The notes under the pieces are model-generated. The model worked only from the letters and a program-made list of their open reading frames with translations. It was not told the DNA's origin and did no database searches. Positions 8,788 to 18,835 of a DNA stretch of 64,000 nt are shown here, piece by piece; the first letter of the stretch is position 1; each line of letters opens with the position of its first letter. The translations under genes were made by a program, and so were the position numbers. Where the stretch lies: IMG/VR virus record IMGVR_UViG_3300027816_000056; one strand, 5' to 3'. Source of the DNA: a virus.

Positions 8788-10977
8788 GTGTTTTAATAAG
8801 TTACTAGGCTTATATGTTGCATTATGTTTTAACATTATATCTTCTTGATTATAATCATATACGCTTTCTAGATCGATTAAACTATATTGACCATTTTCCA
8901 ATTGAATTATATTCTGGGGAACTAAATCATAGTAAATTTTATTTCGTTTTTTGCAATTATCTAAAACAGCTTTCATAAAATGCGTTGGAATTTTATCAAA
9001 ATCAAAATCATTATCTGCAATAGTTTTGCCCTCTTTCATAACATAACCAATTAAGACATTACCATCATAAATTAATTTATCTAAAGCCGGTACTACTCCA
9101 TTAAAAAGTCCTGATTCTATTGCATTTTGAAAATTTTGTAATCTACAATATTCTGGGTGAAATATTTTGATAAATGTTTTTGATACTGCATCGTAGTAAA
9201 TAGTACGGCCGTGATTAATGCCGTCTACTATGCGATTATATTTATCTTTTATTAGTTTGAAGTTTTGAAATTCTAAATCAATCAATTGAACTTTATCAAC
9301 ATATGTAACGCCCCATTTATAAAACTCAATATTGAATGGATATCCCTTGTGGCTGCCAGATTCGAAAAACATTTTAATATTGTTCCAATCATTAACATCC
9401 CTATTAGAATTAGTTATATTTTTTCTTGAAAAATAAAATCTAGGTTCTAGAAATTTATAACCATTTATTTCTATACAATAATTTTGTAAAATATCATCAT
9501 CACTCGTTGCACCGAATTTCATAAATTTGGCATAATCTTTTGGAAATACTTCTACATTATCGGGAAACTTAATATTTTGCTCTCTGAGTTTAGATGATAT
9601 GATTATATCTAAATCATCATTATCTCGAATACCCATTGCACTTAATATTGAACTTTGCGTTAAACAATATTCATTTTTATCTATTCCCAATTCATCTAAT
9701 TGTTTTAATAGATGTATTTTTGAAGTTACTGGTTTGACTCGATGAACTCCGTCTATTTTTGTAGGAGTATCATATATCTTTGATGTTTCAATATAAAATG
9801 GAATATATTTTTCTCCTCGAACAAGTCGGCCAATCATTGCATACGCTCGATGATAACTATGTTTTATAAATCCATTATCAAATTCAACTGGATTTTCTTT
9901 AAGAAACGTTTCAATTTCCGAATCAGTCATACTGTCTAAAGAGTTGTAATATTCTTCAGTCATTTTATCCCAACCCAAATCATGATGATTTGCAACATTT
10001 TTACGAAATCCAGCAATCATACAGTTATAATATTGCCAATTATTTGGTTCTAGATTTGGCTTACTGGCAGTTTTCCAATAGTTAACTATCTCTCGTACTG
10101 TTTTTAGTTTACCATTAAGATTTAATATTTGTTTACTAATTCCACCATTCGCTACTTCCATATTCATGAAGTATTCTGAACTAATAGGACTATATTTAGG
10201 CAGTTCCTGTACAGATACATTTAATTCATTATATGTTCGTTCTAACCAATATGCAACGTGCCTAGGATTCTGTGGTATTGCATTAAAATGATATACCCAT
10301 CCAGCATTTATAAAATGTAATTCATCGGTAAACCATGAGTGACCTGGAATATGTAATAAATTTTTTCGAAACAAATCTTGCAGATTATAGCATTCTGGTA
10401 AATAATTAACATCAACATTGAATAACTGTGTTAAATAATTAATAATAGTCTGATCCGTACCGGCTTTAATTTGTTCGTTTAATTGATTAATAGTTTCAAT
10501 ATGTTGTAAATAGAAATTTTTAACTTTATCATAAAACGGTTTATGTGCTTTATTTGTTATTTGAAACCCCCCATTAAAATATTTCCATGTTTTAATTTTA
10601 GGCTGATCTGGAAATAATGCATCTCCCCATCTTTGAATACTTCTTGTTGTCCATTCATAACATCCATTATTTACTACTACACTAAACTTTCCATTAGTTT
10701 CATTAAAAAAATTAGGAGCATCTGGATGTATAATAGTATCAGCATCTACAATTAAAACTTGGTCGTATTCAATTCCATTATGTTCTAATATATCATGTAC
10801 CCAATATCGCTGTAATGTGACTTTAAGATAGTTTGGATCGGATATAACATCTTTCCATTCAATTAATGTAACATTGTTTCGATCGCACCATGTTTGCCAA
10901 CTTTTAACCGAATAATGATATGGTTGATTTCTATCATTACCTAAATCTACATTAGGTATAAAAACTATATTTTTCAT
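8773..10977 (-). CDS. Multidomain protein: GT-A glycosyltransferase + ParB/Srx-like + nucleotidyltransferase-like + kinase-like domains
   Basis: VDADT/YFNGG/TDQTIIN/HF (GT8/GT34-like); HSYHR; SILSAMGIRDNDDLDII; YYDLVPQNII..LIDLES. Confidence 0.6.
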   Translation of the reverse strand: MKNIVFIPNVDLGNDRNQPYHYSVKSWQTWCDRNNVTLIEWKDVISDPNYLKVTLQRYWVHDILEHNGIEYDQVLIVDADTIIHPDAPNFFNETNGKFSVVVNNGCYEWTTRSIQRWGDALFPDQPKIKTWKYFNGGFQITNKAHKPFYDKVKNFYLQHIETINQLNEQIKAGTDQTIINYLTQLFNVDVNYLPECYNLQDLFRKNLLHIPGHSWFTDELHFINAGWVYHFNAIPQNPRHVAYWLERTYNELNVSVQELPKYSPISSEYFMNMEVANGGISKQILNLNGKLKTVREIVNYWKTASKPNLEPNNWQYYNCMIAGFRKNVANHHDLGWDKMTEEYYNSLDSMTDSEIETFLKENPVEFDNGFIKHSYHRAYAMIGRLVRGEKYIPFYIETSKIYDTPTKIDGVHRVKPVTSKIHLLKQLDELGIDKNEYCLTQSSILSAMGIRDNDDLDIIISSKLREQNIKFPDNVEVFPKDYAKFMKFGATSDDDILQNYCIEINGYKFLEPRFYFSRKNITNSNRDVNDWNNIKMFFESGSHKGYPFNIEFYKWGVTYVDKVQLIDLEFQNFKLIKDKYNRIVDGINHGRTIYYDAVSKTFIKIFHPEYCRLQNFQNAIESGLFNGVVPALDKLIYDGNVLIGYVMKEGKTIADNDFDFDKIPTHFMKAVLDNCKKRNKIYYDLVPQNIIQLENGQYSLIDLESVYDYNQEDIMLKHNATYKPSNLLKHLESI

Positions 10978-11693
10978 GAATTTTGTTTTACTCCATCAAA
11001 TTCGGATATAATTACTTCATTCGGAATGTAACATTTTAATTCTGCAAATCTTGCCATCCCGTTATTAAAATCATAATATCCTTCGTAACAATTTGGTTTT
11101 CGTTTATCTCGAATTGGTATGTCATGAACACATTGATCAATGTTCAGAATAAATTCAGTTAAACGATCTCGATACCATGGTGTTTTATACACGGCATCGG
11201 TACTTAATCTTTTATGTGGTGCATGTTTACCTAAATATGAATATCCATATTTTAATTTTTTATATCCAGGTGATTTATTTGTATTATATGGGGTGTATCC
11301 ATCAATATATTCTTGTAGTAGATATTTTTCTAGCTTTGTTAATAACATGTAGTCATAATCTAATTCAACAAATTCATAAATACGATTATATACCTGGTCT
11401 TTAGATACATGTATTTGCGTATCTTCACATAAAAAAATCACATATGGAGTTGTTACTTGATTAACTAATGATAACGTAACAGGTGCCCATTCTTCTGATA
11501 AATCATTATAAAAATTTAATTTTGAAATATGTTTTTTATATAATGAGTAAACTTCTTCTAAATTAATTGTTGAATTATAATTTACAAAAAATTCAACATC
11601 ACTAAAAACTTTTCCAATCGTTGGTAGTTGTTTTTGTAATACCTGCAACCGTTCTGGCTTAGTACATATAAAATTCTGAACTATCGAAATCAT
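10974..11693 (-). CDS. Putative GT-A (GT2-like) glycosyltransferase
   Basis: MISIV start, VTTPYVIFLCED. Confidence 0.5.
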   Translation of the reverse strand: MISIVQNFICTKPERLQVLQKQLPTIGKVFSDVEFFVNYNSTINLEEVYSLYKKHISKLNFYNDLSEEWAPVTLSLVNQVTTPYVIFLCEDTQIHVSKDQVYNRIYEFVELDYDYMLLTKLEKYLLQEYIDGYTPYNTNKSPGYKKLKYGYSYLGKHAPHKRLSTDAVYKTPWYRDRLTEFILNIDQCVHDIPIRDKRKPNCYEGYYDFNNGMARFAELKCYIPNEVIISEFDGVKQNS

Positions 11694-12664
11694 TTGTTAT
11701 ACACCTTTTGCCAAAATTCGATCATTTCATCCATCATTTTTTCAAATGTATATGTCGGAGTCCAACCTAATTCTGTTTTAATTTTTGTACAATCTCCTTT
11801 GAGATACGGTAACTCTTCTGGACGTAAAAACTTTTGATTCTGTATCACATAATCTCTATAATCTAATCTCAACTTACCAAACACATACTCACACATATCT
11901 CGTACCGATCTAGTTTCCTCAGTCGCAACAACCCAATCACCTGGTTTATCTTGTTGTAGAATGAGATGCATTGCTCTTACATAATCGTAAGAATGTCCCC
12001 AATCACGATAAGCATCCATATTACCTAATTCCAATTTATCTTGCAATCCTAAACTAATTAAAACTGCGGCTTTGACAACTTTATTTGTTACGAAATTAGA
12101 ACCACGTCTAGGTGACTCATGATTAAATAGAATACCATTAGATGCATGTAAGTTATATGCGTTTCTATAATTTCGTACAATATTATATGCAAATACTTTA
12201 CTACATCCATATGGCGACACTGGAGTCATTGGTGTTGTTTCTCGTTGAAATCCATCGGCGTCTACAGAACTGCCAAACATCTCAGATGATGATGCTTGAT
12301 AAAATTTTGCTATTGGACATGCATTTCTATAAGCTTCCAATATATTCAGAACCCCCAATCCATTTGTTTGAATTGTAAATTGAGGTATGTCAAAACTAAT
12401 ACGAACATGGCTTTGAGCTGCAAGATTATAAATTTCATCTGGTTGTATTTTTGCTAATAAATGTTCTAAGCTACTTTGATCTAATAAATCGCCGTAATAT
12501 GTATAAATTGTATCGTCTAGATGTGATATTCTAGATTCTTGATGTTCTGGAGTAGAATTTCTTCTTACAATTCCATGGACTTCATATCCAATTGAATGTA
12601 AATATTCTGCTAAATATGAACCATCTTGTCCGGCGATTCCTGTGATAAACGCTTTTTTTTTCAT
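11690..12664 (-). CDS. gmd: GDP-mannose 4,6-dehydratase
   Basis: ITGIAGQDGSYLAE, YNLAAQSHV, YQASSSEMFG, GILFNHESPRRG, RDWG. Confidence 0.97.
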   Translation of the reverse strand: MKKKAFITGIAGQDGSYLAEYLHSIGYEVHGIVRRNSTPEHQESRISHLDDTIYTYYGDLLDQSSLEHLLAKIQPDEIYNLAAQSHVRISFDIPQFTIQTNGLGVLNILEAYRNACPIAKFYQASSSEMFGSSVDADGFQRETTPMTPVSPYGCSKVFAYNIVRNYRNAYNLHASNGILFNHESPRRGSNFVTNKVVKAAVLISLGLQDKLELGNMDAYRDWGHSYDYVRAMHLILQQDKPGDWVVATEETRSVRDMCEYVFGKLRLDYRDYVIQNQKFLRPEELPYLKGDCTKIKTELGWTPTYTFEKMMDEMIEFWQKVYNK

Positions 12665-13248
12665 TTAAAAATTTCCATTTGTGTTAAATCGGGCCAATCA
12701 GTTGAAACCCATTGTTTTGGTTTTGTTTGTATTGCTGTATCTAATTTGTCTAAACCCAATTGAGCGGTTTCTGGTGTCATATAGTAATGATATCCGTATG
12801 TTTGAACATTTTGTACTCGCCATGGAATATTCGGCAGTCTACCATCATATGACATTTTTTTTAACTGTATAGCTGCAGCTTTGTTATCAGTTAATATCAT
12901 TCCACCGCGTCCTAAACTTAAATGTTTTTGATATTGAAATGATAAACTCATATATGTCCGTGGGATGTAACTATCTGCAGACCACAAAACTGCTGCATCA
13001 ATAACAGAATCTGTTAAATAATAGTAATCAACCCAATCTTCTGTTCGCCATTCCAAATCAATTAATAATTTATTTGCTAAAAATGGAATTGATAAATATG
13101 TATTTTTTGGAACACTTATACTATCTGCATTTGTATATCGCAGACATAATTCAACACCGTGAGTACAAGAATCAACTGCAATCGCATATGGAGCTCCAAA
13201 AAACTTAGCAATGCTATTTTCAAAATCCGTTACGGTATTAAAATTCAT
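12661..13248 (-). CDS. Shortened DegT/DnrJ/EryC1/StrS PLP-dependent sugar aminotransferase
   Basis: FE..IAKFFGAPYAIAVDSCT, IDAA, SFQYQKHLSLGRGGMILT with the Schiff-base Lys; only 195 aa. Confidence 0.8.
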   Translation of the reverse strand: MNFNTVTDFENSIAKFFGAPYAIAVDSCTHGVELCLRYTNADSISVPKNTYLSIPFLANKLLIDLEWRTEDWVDYYYLTDSVIDAAVLWSADSYIPRTYMSLSFQYQKHLSLGRGGMILTDNKAAAIQLKKMSYDGRLPNIPWRVQNVQTYGYHYYMTPETAQLGLDKLDTAIQTKPKQWVSTDWPDLTQMEIFK

Positions 13249-13787
13249 TTTGTTGCCTCCACATTCAAACTAATTAATAATCCATTTTCTTTATCCATAT
13301 GTGGATAATATGCTTGAGAATGATCATCATATTGTGCATGATCTGTCTTTTTCCAATTATAATGAATTATATTGTAAAATCCTAATGATTCTAATAATTC
13401 CTTTAAAGAGTTAAAATCATATACTGTTTTATGGTAAATGGTTGCATTGCCCATGGGCATTTGACCGAATAATGGTCCTAATATTTTATTTATATCATTC
13501 GTATCTTGATATACCCACATTAATTTTAAGAAATCTGGAACTGCTAATCTTAATGTTCCGCTGGGACGTAAAACGCGATACCATTCTTGCAATACCGTTT
13601 TTATTTCTGTTCTATCAAAATATTCTATAACATGTGATGCGTAAATAACATCAACAATTCCATCATTAAATGGTAATTTTGTTATATCATTAAATTGTAA
13701 ATGTGAATAATCTCCGCCGTCAATATGAATCCAATCTGAACCGAAGTCGCGCCATCCGCAGCCTAAATGTAATTTAATCGTTTGCAT
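13245..13787 (-). CDS. SAM-dependent methyltransferase (Methyltransf_11-like)
   Basis: LHLGCG, LPF..VDVIYASHVIEY, EWYRVLRPSG. Confidence 0.88.
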   Translation of the reverse strand: MQTIKLHLGCGWRDFGSDWIHIDGGDYSHLQFNDITKLPFNDGIVDVIYASHVIEYFDRTEIKTVLQEWYRVLRPSGTLRLAVPDFLKLMWVYQDTNDINKILGPLFGQMPMGNATIYHKTVYDFNSLKELLESLGFYNIIHYNWKKTDHAQYDDHSQAYYPHMDKENGLLISLNVEATK

Positions 13788-14355
13788 ATAATGTAATTAA
13801 ATTTAATTTTATATTTTCTTTTTCCCAAGCAACATCGGCATAAGCAAATCCCAATGATTGTAATTTATTTATTAGATCATTATGTTGATCACTCGTTATA
13901 TTAGTTATTTTACCTAAATGAAATTCTACAAATAAATCATTAATATATTCTAAACAATTGTTAGATAACATATGGTTTAATAATTCATATTCAGCACCTT
14001 CTATATCAATTTTTAAAATAATATAATCATCCTTATCAAAATTATCTGTAATAAATTTACATACATCTAAACACTCCGTTTCGATAAATCGATCTTGTTT
14101 AATATTGGTAATTTTAGATGAATTGATGGTACTAGCAAATGATTCACTACCTAAATAAAATTTTACAACGCCATCGCGAATCCAAGCAGCTTTTTTATAA
14201 AAATTAACACCATTAAAATTTTTAAATGATTTAAAATTACTTGGATCTGGTTCAAATGCATGAATCTCATATTCAGCCGAATCTGGTATTAAATCATAAA
14301 AAAATTTAACTGATTGTCCTTTGTTAAATCCTAAATCTATAAAAATTTTTTTCAT
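13774..14355 (-). CDS. FkbM-family methyltransferase
   Basis: FIDLGFNKG, AFEPDP, LKIDIEGAE, VEFH. Confidence 0.88.
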   Translation of the reverse strand: MKKIFIDLGFNKGQSVKFFYDLIPDSAEYEIHAFEPDPSNFKSFKNFNGVNFYKKAAWIRDGVVKFYLGSESFASTINSSKITNIKQDRFIETECLDVCKFITDNFDKDDYIILKIDIEGAEYELLNHMLSNNCLEYINDLFVEFHLGKITNITSDQHNDLINKLQSLGFAYADVAWEKENIKLNLITLYAND

Positions 14356-14762
14356 ATAAATGTTTTATCTAATTGTTGACCTTCATATGGTCCTGTTTTA
14401 TATTCATATACTAATGTATTATCTTCTAAAATTTCATACGTATGACCACCTTGCAATGTAAATGAAGCATCACCTGTATATAATATTGGAGTTGCAATAA
14501 TTTGATCATCGATATCATAAAAAATGCATTTTACACTTCCATGAATTACAATCCAACTTTCCTGAGCAATTATATTACGATTACGTTCTTTCCATATATG
14601 TTTATGTGGAGCAAATGTTTTACCCTTTTCCATATTGAGCAAAGAACATTGTATAAATTGATTGTCTGGAACTACTTCAGTTCTACCCGGACTTAAATCT
14701 TCTTTTCGTACTATTATATGTAATAATATATCTGAATCAATATTACTATAAATTTTTTCCAT
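14352..14762 (-). CDS. Cupin protein (WbuC/sugar isomerase-like)
   Basis: PHKH..QESW, GGHTY, EYKTGPY. Confidence 0.75.
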   Translation of the reverse strand: MEKIYSNIDSDILLHIIVRKEDLSPGRTEVVPDNQFIQCSLLNMEKGKTFAPHKHIWKERNRNIIAQESWIVIHGSVKCIFYDIDDQIIATPILYTGDASFTLQGGHTYEILEDNTLVYEYKTGPYEGQQLDKTFI

Positions 14763-15409
14763 TATAACGTTTCGTAATATGAATTTTGTTTTTCTTGTCG
14801 TTCGATTGTCTTTGGATGATATAAAGAATAATCTTCTTCCATTGGTAGCTGTGCATATTGCTTGAATCCTGTTAATACTTCATGTACTCGATTCTTCCAG
14901 GTAACTGTACCATCGTTACGATATATTCTCCACTGATAATCCGGCCAATTCACCCATCCTTCGGAATTTACATTCCAATTCCATTTCATTGCGTGTTCCT
15001 CAGTTAATCCATCAACTGTATTAACGCGTGGCACTAAATACACATCAACATCTGGATTGCTTTGTAATATTGTTGGCAATGATTCTAATATCGGAGTGCA
15101 TGGAATTTCGTCAGCGTCAATTTGAAAAATATAATCACCGGTGCATTGTTGTGTTAAATGATTTTTAAATGCAGCAAAATCATTGTTTAGTGGATAAAAT
15201 ATAACTCGTACGTTGCCTTGCTCATTATGTTTCATAATATATCCAAAGACCTCACGTTTATCTTGTGTTTGCGTATTCAATTCATCTAGATTCAAATCCA
15301 TTTGAACTACAATCTCATCTTGCGGTCTTTTATGTTCTAAAAGAAATGTAATGAGTCTTTGTATTTCAACGAACTCATTGCATACCGTCAGTGCGTAACT
15401 TATTTTCAT
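14762..15409 (-). CDS. Glycosyltransferase family 2
   Basis: ISYALTVCNE, DYIFQIDADE, PDYQWRIY, VHE. Confidence 0.88.
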   Translation of the reverse strand: MKISYALTVCNEFVEIQRLITFLLEHKRPQDEIVVQMDLNLDELNTQTQDKREVFGYIMKHNEQGNVRVIFYPLNNDFAAFKNHLTQQCTGDYIFQIDADEIPCTPILESLPTILQSNPDVDVYLVPRVNTVDGLTEEHAMKWNWNVNSEGWVNWPDYQWRIYRNDGTVTWKNRVHEVLTGFKQYAQLPMEEDYSLYHPKTIERQEKQNSYYETL

Positions 15410-16689
15410 GCTTCAATCTTTTTTAATTTTGGCAATGTAATCTTTGGAGCTTCAGTTTCGACCCGTTTCAGTTTAGGAAGTTGAAGTTGAATTTGTTGTG
15501 GAACTGATTGCAATGATGAATCAACATGTTCTAATACTTGTTTATATGTTTCTGCAATTGCAGTTTTTGTAAATGTGCTATTAACAAAATATCGTTGACG
15601 TTTTGCTAAATCCATCCATTTTTTATAATTTTTGCGAACTTCTTGCATCATCTTTCCAGCATATTTATAATCTGGAGTAAACCATTTAGCTTCTTTAATT
15701 AAAAATGGATTCTGTGCAGATGCATGAATTGGAGTCAATCCTCCTGGCAATGCACAAATAAAATCTTTCTTTAAAAAGTCGGCTTGTCCAGAATAATGTG
15801 GAGCTATAATTGGTTTACCTGTAGTTGAGAATTCTAATAATGGTCTACCAAATCCTTCTGCTTTAGTAAATGATATCATGGCTTTAACTTTAGGATGATT
15901 GTACATGGCATTCATTTCAAAATCTGCTAATTCTCCATGCACAAGATACACATTGGGAAGTTTAGCCGATCCAAAGTTTTCTCGAATCTGCAAAATACGT
16001 GATTCAATTTCCATTCTATCCATGATGCTATACGTAGCACCACTTGTTTTTAATATGAGAGCTGGTTGATCTTTAGTGTTTTTAAATGTATCAAAGAAGC
16101 AGTGTACTAATCCAGAAAGATTCTTTCGGTCTTCACCTAATGATCCTTGCAACCAATGTCCTACCGATAAGAATGCCCAAGATTCTTTAATTTCATCTAG
16201 CAGCGGAAACGGAATATCTGCTTTGTTGTTATATACAACTTCATTGAAATATTCTGGTACAACTTCTATTCGTGTTGTTAGTGGTAAATTTTGTTGTTTT
16301 GCGGTATTTTCAAATACTTCTTTAGTAAAGTTACTAGGAACTATTACCAATTGCATTTTATTTAAATTTTCAATCCATTCTTTAGGACATACATCGCCTT
16401 CTGTTCCTGCAGTCACTCCTATATTATATTTGCCAACCGGTTGCAATTCATTAGGAACTGATATTTGCACCCAAACATCTGGTTGTTCTGTTAATGGTAA
16501 CGGAATAATTCTTCGCATCCATTCCGGAGATAACGGATATGTCATTGGAGTTCCGCCCCACGGCAATGAAACTAATTTAACATCCCATGAATCTCCTCGT
16601 TGTTCTATAATATTGCTAATTACTTCTCGTGCATGATGCCCGTAACCGCTTTGTGTTGCTACGGGACTTGCTATAACTATTTTTCTCAT
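15406..16689 (-). CDS. Glycosyltransferase family 4 (GT-B)
   Basis: SGYG, VPSNF, RKN, EGFGRPLLE..GKPII. Confidence 0.88.
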   Translation of the reverse strand: MRKIVIASPVATQSGYGHHAREVISNIIEQRGDSWDVKLVSLPWGGTPMTYPLSPEWMRRIIPLPLTEQPDVWVQISVPNELQPVGKYNIGVTAGTEGDVCPKEWIENLNKMQLVIVPSNFTKEVFENTAKQQNLPLTTRIEVVPEYFNEVVYNNKADIPFPLLDEIKESWAFLSVGHWLQGSLGEDRKNLSGLVHCFFDTFKNTKDQPALILKTSGATYSIMDRMEIESRILQIRENFGSAKLPNVYLVHGELADFEMNAMYNHPKVKAMISFTKAEGFGRPLLEFSTTGKPIIAPHYSGQADFLKKDFICALPGGLTPIHASAQNPFLIKEAKWFTPDYKYAGKMMQEVRKNYKKWMDLAKRQRYFVNSTFTKTAIAETYKQVLEHVDSSLQSVPQQIQLQLPKLKRVETEAPKITLPKLKKIEA

Positions 16690-18179
16690 TGTGCTACTAT
16701 TCCTGTTCGTTCATAAACTCGTTCTTCTACTCGATGCAATGTGTATGATGGTCTTGATTCTTTTTTAATTGAAAATAAATAGTTAAACATTTCAATCATT
16801 TTGTTACCCATCGATTCTGCAGTCAATCCGTATTGCATGCACCATACTCTTCCGCAAATTCCAGATGACTCTCTCACTTCAGGATCCATATCATACCAAT
16901 AACGAATTGCATCGGCTACATCTTCAAAACTTACTCGATCATCAAAGATATATGGTGTTGCTGGTGATCCTTGTAATGATCTATTGGTTGGAAATACTGG
17001 TTTTGCCCAACTTCCATGTTTCTTAAACTTACCGGTATGATTTGTTGCAAATTCACCATTGAAACGAATCCATTCTCCATTTTCATCTTGAAAACCACAT
17101 TGATCTTGCAATCCACCAGTTACATTGTTAATTATTGGAGTACCTGATAGCATCGCTTCGGTTGAACTTAATCCCCATCCTTCGTTGCTACCAATATTAA
17201 CTACAACATCAGCTACATTGTACATTGCATTAAGATCTTGTGAAGATAATTTTTGTTCTGAAAACAATATTTTACAATTTGGTGCTAATGCCTTTGCTAC
17301 TGCACGAAGATCCGTTCCATTTTCATCAATTGCTTGAGTATGCATTAATAATGCAACACGACTCTGTTGTTCTGCTGGTAACTGATCTACAAAATGTTTG
17401 AATGCAATAACTAAATCACCTGGTTGCTTCCTTCTAATATTTCGATTGTTCCAAAATACTACAAAATCTACGCCGTTACGTGTTTTAATGCGTTCATACA
17501 TTTGCTTGTATGTTTCATCGGTTTTTGGTAACGGCTTAAACATGTTGTGATTCAATCCGTGCGGCACAAATCCGGTAACTACTTGATTCCATTTAAGATC
17601 TGCAGGAGCTGAATCTCCATCATCATAATCTACAACCCCAAATCCGTTCTGTTTAAGCACTTCTCTGTGAATATTATCAGATTGCTTACTAATGCCCATA
17701 ATCATATCACAACTGCCGTAAAAAGGGGCGTTCCACATTGGATACGGCAAATCATCCCAAATAGAATAATACGTAATTGGAACACCAAACGTTGTTTTAA
17801 TTTCATGTTCTAGTTGATACAACCAAGTCCAGTAACGAGGATCTGTAAAGTGAAGAATTGCATCGGGACGTTCTTGATTCAAAATTGCAAACAAGATGTT
17901 TCTGTCTCCATATCCATTCCATGGAATCAATTTAACTGACGCATCTTGTATGCCAGTTTCTCGAGCAATTTCTTGAGACAAATCAAATGCTTTGCCGGCA
18001 TCTGGATGATTGATTGCTGCACCTAATTGCACCCAATCAAATTCCTTAACGGTGTTTAAAATAATTTCTTTGCTAACTGTTCCAATTCCAGATGGAAGAC
18101 GGAAATCATCTGCTAATAATAGAATTTTCTTTTTTGCAGGACGGTTAGGATCAATTTTTCTTAATTTTGGTAACTCCAT
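16686..18179 (-). CDS. Glycosyltransferase family 4 (GT-B)
   Basis: SGIG, VPHG, NRNIRRKQ, EGWGLSSTEAMLSGTPII. Confidence 0.9.
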   Translation of the reverse strand: MELPKLRKIDPNRPAKKKILLLADDFRLPSGIGTVSKEIILNTVKEFDWVQLGAAINHPDAGKAFDLSQEIARETGIQDASVKLIPWNGYGDRNILFAILNQERPDAILHFTDPRYWTWLYQLEHEIKTTFGVPITYYSIWDDLPYPMWNAPFYGSCDMIMGISKQSDNIHREVLKQNGFGVVDYDDGDSAPADLKWNQVVTGFVPHGLNHNMFKPLPKTDETYKQMYERIKTRNGVDFVVFWNNRNIRRKQPGDLVIAFKHFVDQLPAEQQSRVALLMHTQAIDENGTDLRAVAKALAPNCKILFSEQKLSSQDLNAMYNVADVVVNIGSNEGWGLSSTEAMLSGTPIINNVTGGLQDQCGFQDENGEWIRFNGEFATNHTGKFKKHGSWAKPVFPTNRSLQGSPATPYIFDDRVSFEDVADAIRYWYDMDPEVRESSGICGRVWCMQYGLTAESMGNKMIEMFNYLFSIKKESRPSYTLHRVEERVYERTGIVAQ

Positions 18180-18201
18180 TTATTATTCCTTATAACTTTA
18201 T

Positions 18202-18210
18202 TATAAATAT
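18202..18210 (-). promoter_or_regulatory. ATATTTATA late-type promoter motif heading the glycosylation island
   Basis: Exact motif followed by ATAAAGTTATAAGGA (RBS) and the ATG at 18179. Confidence 0.65.
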
Positions 18211-18212
18211 GA

Positions 18213-18617
18213 TTAACCTAATATTACTACCGGTTTTTCTAGTTTCTTTACGGTATTGTATGCTGTCTTTAAAACTGGATCTAATGCAGTTTCATTGGTC
18301 ATAATCATCATGTAATCGCAATGCTGTGCAATGAGTTTCATGCGATGATGAAGTTGGCTGAAATGATATGGTTTGCCGTAATATGTTTCTGGCATTGCTG
18401 AGTATAAATTATATCCAGAAAATGACGGATTGAATTCTCGATACTGCATACCAAATTCTAATGCATATTTTCTAACCATGCTGTTAGCACCTTCATTTCC
18501 TCCGGCACCTATGACCGTTAACTCTTCTGGAAACTTGCGTTTCAACATTTGCAAAGTTTCTTGCACTTTGCGTTTATTCTGCCAACCAGTATTTCCAATT
18601 ACTGCTACTTTTGTCAT
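18213..18617 (-). CDS. SLOG-superfamily protein (YspA/DUF2493-like)
   Basis: KVAVIG..W, IGAGGNEGAN..YALE, IAQHCD, KPVVI. Confidence 0.7.
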   Translation of the reverse strand: MTKVAVIGNTGWQNKRKVQETLQMLKRKFPEELTVIGAGGNEGANSMVRKYALEFGMQYREFNPSFSGYNLYSAMPETYYGKPYHFSQLHHRMKLIAQHCDYMMIMTNETALDPVLKTAYNTVKKLEKPVVILG

Positions 18618-18829
18618 ATTGTTTTCTCGTATAAGAATTTGACACCTTTTGGCATATGACCGTATGCAATTCGAAGCATACCTTCTAACAAGGCTCTATT
18701 TTCTTTACCGTTAGGATCATCATGATTTGTTAGCAATGTATATTCACACTTCTGCCATCCAACATATGGAGCACGTTTTTGTATTTCAAATCCGTATACA
18801 AAAGTATGTTTATGTTTATATGCTATCAT
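18614..18829 (-). CDS. Hypothetical protein
   Basis: 71-aa ORF with ATGA overlap and its own promoter. Confidence 0.65.
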   Translation of the reverse strand: MIAYKHKHTFVYGFEIQKRAPYVGWQKCEYTLLTNHDDPNGKENRALLEGMLRIAYGHMPKGVKFLYEKTI

Positions 18830-18835
18830 ACTACT

